This document shows, piece after piece, positions 33,388 through 38,300 of a DNA stretch of 38,300 nucleotides (positions within the stretch are counted from its first letter, which is position 1; the number at the start of each line of letters is the position of its first letter). A program made the position numbers and the translations under genes. Source of the DNA: Polyangiales bacterium (GTDB lineage Bacteria > Myxococcota_A > Polyangia > Polyangiales > JADJMO01); contig JBKJQC010001239.1 of NCBI GenBank assembly GCA_046593995.1, forward strand, positions 1 to 38,300. The letters are read 5' to 3'. The notes under the pieces were generated by a model. It did no database searches. It worked only from the letters and a program-made list of their open reading frames with translations, and was not told the DNA's origin.

Positions 33388-34533
33388 ATGGCCGAGAACA
33401 ACGAGAACGGTGGTGGGCTCCTTGCTGGCGAAGGCTTCAAGCCTTCGGGCGCTGCGATCCTCGCGCCGCCGACCGCGTTCCCGAACGGACAGCTGCCCCC
33501 CGGCGCGATGATCCTCATCCCGATCGGCGCCGACGGCGAGGCGCTGCCGAAGCCGATCGCCGAGGGCCCGATGGCCCTGACGAACGAGCAGATGTGGAAG
33601 TTGCTCGGCTTCAACGGCCCGGCCGTGCAGGTGCAGGATCAAGAGGGACGCCCCGTTCTCATCGGCCTCGAGGACCTGCTGAGCGGCCTCGAGACGATGT
33701 ACAAGCAGGACCCGACGGACACGAACCGCACCCGCGTCTACGCGCAGGAGCTGATGAAGCACGAGCGGTTCGAGAAGGCCGAGCAGGTCATCGGCAAGCT
33801 CGTTGCGCGCGGCGGTGACGCGGACGACTGGCTCGCGCTCGGCGTCGTCCAGACGAACCTGAAGAAGTTCGACAAGGCAGAAGGCACCCTCAAGGGCGCG
33901 GCGAACCTCGCGAAGGACTCGCCCATCCCGATGATCCACCTCGCCAAGGTCTACGAGCAGAAGAACGAGCCGGAGAAGGTCAAGGACACGCTCGTCAAGG
34001 CGATCGACCTCGCCGGCAACTTCCTCGACGCGTGGATCGGCCTCTACGCCACGGTGAAGGAGCACGGCGGCGGCGAAGCTGCGGCCGAGAAGCTCATCGA
34101 AGAGCTCGCGAACCAGGAGAAGAACAAGAAGTTCGCCGCGCCGTACATCGCGCTCCAGGGCTTCTACGTGAACGAAGAGGCGACCCGCGACAAGGCGCTC
34201 GTCTTCGCGAAGAAGGCCGTCGAGCGCGATGCGAACGATCCGATGGCGCTCCTCTCGCTCTCCGCGATCTACGGACAGCAGGGGCGTCTCGACGAGGTCG
34301 AGAAGGTCCTCCGCCCGCACGAGAGCAAGATGCTCACGGACGTGCGCCTCGCGAACAACTACTTCGAGTGCCTCTGGCAGTCGCGCCAGATCGAGAAGGT
34401 CACGAAGTTCCTCAACACGCTCGTGCGCGCGGAGAACGCGCAGGTGAAGGCGTTCGCGCAGGAGCGCGCGCAGGGCATCTCGAAGATCCTCCAGCAGCTG
34501 CAGCAGCAGGCGCAGGGCGCAGCCAAGGCCTGA
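33388..34533 (+). CDS. TPR-like protein (381 aa), Lys-rich, probably well expressed
   Basis: AGGAG lies 7 nt upstream of the ATG. TPR-like helical pairs are present (FEKAEQVIGKLVARGGDADDWLALGVVQTNLKKFDKAEGTLKGAANL...). It is unusually Lys-rich relative to Arg for this window. It ends in QQLQQQAQGAAKA. Confidence 0.8.
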   Translation: MAENNENGGGLLAGEGFKPSGAAILAPPTAFPNGQLPPGAMILIPIGADGEALPKPIAEGPMALTNEQMWKLLGFNGPAVQVQDQEGRPVLIGLEDLLSGLETMYKQDPTDTNRTRVYAQELMKHERFEKAEQVIGKLVARGGDADDWLALGVVQTNLKKFDKAEGTLKGAANLAKDSPIPMIHLAKVYEQKNEPEKVKDTLVKAIDLAGNFLDAWIGLYATVKEHGGGEAAAEKLIEELANQEKNKKFAAPYIALQGFYVNEEATRDKALVFAKKAVERDANDPMALLSLSAIYGQQGRLDEVEKVLRPHESKMLTDVRLANNYFECLWQSRQIEKVTKFLNTLVRAENAQVKAFAQERAQGISKILQQLQQQAQGAAKA

Positions 34534-34537
34534 AGCC

Positions 34538-34620
34538 AGTCGTCGGTCGTCAGTCGTCAGTCGTCAGTCCGACGAGAGACGACCTCTCGACTGATGACTG
34601 ATGACTGATGACCGATGACT
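34538..34620 (+). repeat. inverted heptamer-repeat arrays forming a 32-bp hairpin (candidate terminator and/or translational gate)
   Basis: The 5' arm 34538-34569 is about 4.4 copies of GTCGTCR. The 3' arm 34589-34620 is about 4 copies of YGATGAC. Hand pairing gives 28 Watson-Crick plus 4 G-U pairs with no mismatch in the plus-strand RNA. An inner 5-bp stem GAGAG/CTCTC (34574-34578/34584-34588) adds to it. The hairpin starts 5 nt after the TGA at 34531-34533 and contains ATG 34615. Confidence 0.8.
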
Positions 34621-35112
34621 TCCCTCGGGACGTTCGTCCTCTCGAGCGAACGACGACGTGCGAAGGGCGCCGCGGTCTTCTCCGCGGCGCTCGTCGTTTC
34701 AGCGTTCCTCGGCGCGGGTGCCGCGACACGACGTTGGAGCGTCGCCGCGATCGCGCCCTTGGCAGGCATCGCGACGTGGTTCCTCGAGCGCCGTCGCTGG
34801 GAGAAGAAGCTCACGCGCGGGACCTTGGTCCTCGAGGGCGACGCCCTGCTCTTGCGACGAAAGGAGCAGACCATCTTCAAGGTGCCGCTCGGCGGCGCGA
34901 AGGTGAGCGGACGCACGTTGCGCGTCGCAGCCGATCAATGGGCGCGCACGCAGATCGTCGTCGAGTGGGAAGACCGCGCATTGGTCGCGAAGCTCGAGGT
35001 CCCGTTCAAGCCGGGGCCGATCGATCTCGAAGGCCCGTTGCCGGTGACGATCGAGCTCGATCGCGCCGCGAGCCGCGCCTTCGACGCGCTGTCGTACGGG
35101 AAGCTGAAGTAG
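34615..35112 (+). CDS. hypothetical membrane protein (two N-terminal TM helices plus a small soluble domain)
   Basis: 165 aa with good GC3 bias. Hydrophobic segments AAVFSAALVVSAFLGAGA and VAAIAPLAGIATWFL, then a beta-rich segment. The overlapping frame from 34608 is Arg-rich junk until 35133. The start codon lies inside the hairpin's 3' arm and has no SD. Confidence 0.58.
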   Translation: MTSLGTFVLSSERRRAKGAAVFSAALVVSAFLGAGAATRRWSVAAIAPLAGIATWFLERRRWEKKLTRGTLVLEGDALLLRRKEQTIFKVPLGGAKVSGRTLRVAADQWARTQIVVEWEDRALVAKLEVPFKPGPIDLEGPLPVTIELDRAASRAFDALSYGKLK

Positions 35113-35132
35113 CCGCGTGGCATGATCGAGGG

Positions 35133-35543
35133 ATGCGTCTGCTCCTCCCGTTGGTTGTGATCTGTGGTTGCGCGTCGAGCACGACGACGTCGCCCGCCAT
35201 CGACGCTTCGTCGGACTCGCCGAGCGCCGCGTCGACTTGTGTGTTGCGTGACGGCGCGTGCCGCGGCGAGGGTCTGTGCTGCGCGCAGACCGGAATGATC
35301 TACGACGAGGCGCGCGGGTGCGTGCGATTCGGCACCGAGGTCCCCCTTGCGTGCGCGGCGCAGAGCCACGGCCATGGCACCTGTGCATCGCTCGGGACGA
35401 CGGGGTGCGCGATCACGCGCGAAGGCGGCGTGCGCAAGGTGTGGTTCCTCGGCTCGCGCAGTCCGGGGGTGGAGCTCGAGCCTTGCCCCGACGATTTGAC
35501 ACAGAAGGTGTCGAACCCGCAGCCCTGCGCCGACGCGGGCTGA
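35133..35543 (+). CDS. Cys-rich putative lipoprotein
   Basis: This is the last 136 codons of track ORF 34608..35543, started at ATG 35133 (MRLLLPLVVICGCASS, lipobox-like). The mature part has about 11 more Cys. No family recognised. Confidence 0.65.
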   Translation: MRLLLPLVVICGCASSTTTSPAIDASSDSPSAASTCVLRDGACRGEGLCCAQTGMIYDEARGCVRFGTEVPLACAAQSHGHGTCASLGTTGCAITREGGVRKVWFLGSRSPGVELEPCPDDLTQKVSNPQPCADAG

Positions 35544-35680
35544 GGATCCGCCGGCGGCGCCGGCGGGCTGGCGTCATCCGCCGGCTCGGGATCGGCATGG
35601 TTCTCGGTGTTTCGGCGCACGGCCGCGCTGGCACGCGCCGAGCAACGGGCAACGCTCACCTTGCAGAGCGCGGTGCCCTC

Positions 35681-36457
35681 ATGAATCCTCGATCCATGTC
35701 GGTCTCGATCAAGCCGCCGCCGCGAGGGGACGACCTCCCTTTCGACGACGACGAGCCGATGGACAGCTGGAGACACCAACGGCAGATGATCCTACTCGCC
35801 GACTCGCTCGACTTCGAGTGGCGCGATCGGCAGGACGTCCACATCGCCGCCGACATGGCGCTGTATTACAGCCCGACCCAGGCGCTGAACCGCGAGTTCC
35901 GCTGCCCCGACGTCTTCGTGGTGCTCGACGCCGAGCGCCGTGAACGTAAGCGCTGGGTCGTCTGGGAAGAGAACGGTCGCACGCCAGACGTCGTCGTCGA
36001 GCTCGTGTCGGAGACGACCGAGCGCGTCGACCGCGGCGTGAAGATGGACATCTACGCGCGCCTCGTCCACGTGCTCACGTACGTGATCTACGATCCGTTC
36101 TCCGCGCGGCTCGACGTGTTCGAGCTCGATCCGGCGGCGCGTCGCTATCGACCACAGAAGCCGGATGCGCGCGGCTACTACTGGTGCGCGCCGCTCGGCC
36201 TGTTCGTCGGTGTGGTGCCCGGGACTTGCCACGGCGTCGAGGCCCCGTGGCTGCGGTGGATCCGCGACGACGGCTCACCCATCTTGGAAGAGGGCGCCGC
36301 ACAGACGGAGCGCGCTTATCGCGAGTCGCAGCGCGCCGAGCAAGAAGCCCAACGCGCGGAGCAAGAAGCCCAACGCGCCAATCAGGAGTCGCAGCGCGCC
36401 GCGGAGCTCGAAGACGAAGTCGCGCGCTTGCGCGCAGAGCTCGCGAAGCTCCGCTGA
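35681..36457 (+). CDS. Uma2-family (DUF820) PD-(D/E)XK-type putative endonuclease with a C-terminal coiled-coil extension
   Basis: In the frame of track ORF 35258..36457, started at ATG 35681 (MNPRSM); ATG 35696 is an alternative. RCPDVFVVLD ... TPDVVVELVSETT ... KMDIYARL is the Uma2-type layout. The C-terminal ~60 aa are heptad-like (ESQRAEQEAQRAEQEAQRANQESQRAAELEDEVARLRAELAKLR), including a perfect 21-bp tandem repeat at 36338-36358/36359-36379. Confidence 0.75.
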   Translation: MNPRSMSVSIKPPPRGDDLPFDDDEPMDSWRHQRQMILLADSLDFEWRDRQDVHIAADMALYYSPTQALNREFRCPDVFVVLDAERRERKRWVVWEENGRTPDVVVELVSETTERVDRGVKMDIYARLVHVLTYVIYDPFSARLDVFELDPAARRYRPQKPDARGYYWCAPLGLFVGVVPGTCHGVEAPWLRWIRDDGSPILEEGAAQTERAYRESQRAEQEAQRAEQEAQRANQESQRAAELEDEVARLRAELAKLR

Positions 36458-37537
36458 TCAAGCCGTTGCGAGCTTCGTGCGCGTCGGCAGGGCAAGCTGG
36501 CAGAGGCGCTTCACCACGCTGCCGAACTGCCTCGCGAGCGAGCCGCTGTTGTACGGGAGCGCGTACTTCTCGCAGAGCGCGCGGACCTCGACGCCGATCT
36601 CCGCGTAGCGATGCGCGGGCAGATCGGGGAACAGGTGGTGCTCGATCTGGTGACTCAGATTCCCCGACATCACGTGGAAGAGCTTCCCGCCCTCGATGTT
36701 GGCGGATCCCAAGAGCTGGCGCACGTACCACATGCCGCGCGTCTCGTTCTTCACGTCCTCGAGGCGGAAGGTCGCCACGCCCTCGGGGAAGTGGCCGCAG
36801 AAGATGATCACGAACGTCCAGATGTTGCGCATCAGGTTCGCGATCGCGTTGCCGACGAAGATCGGGATGAAGAGCGGACCGCCGAGGAGCGGGAAGAGGA
36901 CGTAGTCCTTGAGGAGCTGTCCCCGACCCTTGCGGAAGATGGAGAGCGCCGTCTTCTTCGTCTCGGCCCACGGCTTCTCGCCGGACCAGACGCGATCCAC
37001 CTCGAGGTCGTGCAGCGCGACGCCCCACTGGAAGTTCAGCATCAGGAGCGCCGCGTAGATCGGGTTCCCGAGGTAGACCGGCTTCCACGGCTGCTCCTCG
37101 GTGACACGCAGGAGGCTGTAGCCGACGTCACGATCGAGGCCGACCACGTTCGTATGCGTGTGGTGCAGATAGTTGTGCGAGTGGCGCCACTCCTGGTTCG
37201 GGCATGCCGTGTCCCACTCGAACGTCTTGCCGTCGAGCGTCGGATCTTTCATCCAGTCGTACTGACCGTGCATGACGTTGTGGCCGATCTCCATGTTGTC
37301 GAGGATCTTCGCGACACCGAGCGACGCGACGCCGAGCGCCCACAGCGGCGGGACGGCCCACGCGTACATCAGCGCGCGTCCGCCGATGGCGAGGGTGCGC
37401 TGCACGCGGACCACCTTGCGGATGTACGTCGCGTCGCGCTCGCCGACGTCGGCGAGGACGCGGCTGCGGATGGCGTCGAGCTCGCGACCGAAGTCGTCGA
37501 TCTGCGCGGGGCTGAGGTGAGAATAGGCGTGGGGCAT
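36458..37537 (-). CDS. membrane fatty-acid (acyl-CoA/acyl-lipid) desaturase
   Basis: Track ORF 36458..37573, started at ATG 37537 (MPHAYSHL) with GGAGAA 6 nt upstream. Three His boxes: HNVMH, HSHNYLHH, HQIEHH. The layout resembles actinobacterial DesA3-type desaturases. Confidence 0.88.
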   Translation of the reverse strand: MPHAYSHLSPAQIDDFGRELDAIRSRVLADVGERDATYIRKVVRVQRTLAIGGRALMYAWAVPPLWALGVASLGVAKILDNMEIGHNVMHGQYDWMKDPTLDGKTFEWDTACPNQEWRHSHNYLHHTHTNVVGLDRDVGYSLLRVTEEQPWKPVYLGNPIYAALLMLNFQWGVALHDLEVDRVWSGEKPWAETKKTALSIFRKGRGQLLKDYVLFPLLGGPLFIPIFVGNAIANLMRNIWTFVIIFCGHFPEGVATFRLEDVKNETRGMWYVRQLLGSANIEGGKLFHVMSGNLSHQIEHHLFPDLPAHRYAEIGVEVRALCEKYALPYNSGSLARQFGSVVKRLCQLALPTRTKLATA

Positions 37538-37600
37538 GGGGCTTCTCCGAGAGAAAGGTGGGTTCACTCGCAAGCTCGTGGACGCGGAACGGACTCGCGT

Positions 37601-38300
37601 TCAGAGGTCGATCGTCACGTCGCCGCAGGCTTCGCTGACGCAGAGCTGGATGTCTTGGTCGCGCGCGTCCGAGAGCGCGCCGGTGCGCAGGTCGCGGATG
37701 GTGCCGGCGACCTTTCGCTTCGTGCAGCCGTGGCAGATCCCGCGGCGGCAGCCGTGCTCGGGGTCCAGGCCCGCGGCTTCGGCGGTCTCGAGCAGCGTCT
37801 TGCCGCCGGACGCCTTGCGCACGTTGCTGCGGAGGAAGTTGATCGTCGCGCCTTGCGCGTTCGAGCGGGCGACGAGCGGTGCGCCGGTGAACTGCTCCTC
37901 GTGCAGCTTCTTCCCGGCGATGCCGAGCTTCGCGAACGAGATGCGAACCGCCGCCATCATCGGCTCGGGGCCGCAGAGGAACGTCTCGGCGTTCGCGAGG
38001 TCGAGCGCGCCGAGGTGCTCGCTCCGAAACGCTCCCCCGAGCTCACCCGCGCCGTCGTCGTAGCCGCGAAGGACGCGCACGTTCTTCGCGGAGATCGCGG
38101 CGAGCTCGGCCGCGTAGATCTGCTCCGCGGCGGAGCGCGCGTAATGGAGGAAGGTGATCTCGCCCGCGTACCCTTCGTCGAGGAGCGTCCGGAGCATCGA
38201 CATCACCGGAGTGATGCCGCTGCCGCCGCTGACGAGGACGATGCGCGCCGGTCGCTGCGCGGGGAGCACGAAAGACCCCTGCGCCGACGACAGCGCGAGC
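37601..38300 (-). CDS. ferredoxin-NAD(P) reductase-type oxidoreductase with a C-terminal 2Fe-2S ferredoxin domain; 5' end outside the window
   Basis: IVLVSGGSGITP is the NAD-binding motif. The C-terminal CRRGICHGC...C cluster is a plant-type 2Fe-2S pattern. The frame stays open upstream of the track's GTG 38269 (LALSSAQGSFV...) to the window edge, so the FAD-binding N-terminus lies outside. Confidence 0.85.
   Translation of the reverse strand, partial: LALSSAQGSFVLPAQRPARIVLVSGGSGITPVMSMLRTLLDEGYAGEITFLHYARSAAEQIYAAELAAISAKNVRVLRGYDDGAGELGGAFRSEHLGALDLANAETFLCGPEPMMAAVRISFAKLGIAGKKLHEEQFTGAPLVARSNAQGATINFLRSNVRKASGGKTLLETAEAAGLDPEHGCRRGICHGCTKRKVAGTIRDLRTGALSDARDQDIQLCVSEACGDVTIDL

Noticed and set aside
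1-38300. Reading the whole window as a mobile, prophage or defense island, because it holds an integrase, a ParA-like ATPase and a Uma2 nuclease-fold protein.
   Set aside because: These genes are dispersed among core housekeeping genes (panB, coaE, trxA). The integrase is a decayed fragment. Only the leftmost ~1.3 kb is compositionally distinct. I recognise no phage structural, conjugation or known defense-system gene sets.

Overview
This is a high-GC chromosomal segment: hand counts give about 78% GC at 12001-12060, against about 53% at 121-180. The gene content looks myxobacterial, which is an inference from a eukaryotic-like Ser/Thr kinase plus PP2C phosphatase, two FGE-sulfatase-domain proteins, a TSP3/OmpA outer-membrane protein and many TPR proteins. 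I can support about 30 protein-coding genes, one tRNA-Arg(UCU), one decayed tyrosine-integrase pseudogene and several structured non-coding repeats. Recognisable housekeeping genes are panB, coaE, trxA, a ChaC-family enzyme, a DAG-kinase-like lipid kinase, and a membrane desaturase with its ferredoxin-reductase partner. The dominant feature, and my best candidate for an undescribed system, is three giant same-strand helical-repeat proteins of 1708, 1631 and 1889 aa. Together they make up about 41% of the window. Two of them are paralogs that share a non-TPR C-terminal module, and a PP2C phosphatase lies directly upstream. Four other items deserve a second look. (1) A roughly 190-bp near-palindrome built from CGGAGGCG repeats sits upstream of an orphan ParA/RHH pair. 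(2) A 32-bp hairpin made of inverted heptamer arrays pairs fully only in plus-strand RNA and buries the next gene's start codon. (3) A stand-alone receiver is translationally coupled to a membrane protein that has a His-less DHp-like helix and no ATPase domain. (4) A lower-GC, AGA-rich block abuts the integrase remnant and tRNA-Arg(UCU). Most long Arg-rich ORFs in the six-frame track are codon-aligned antisense shadows or over-extended starts, and I rejected them. All family calls come from motif recognition by eye; no searches were run.
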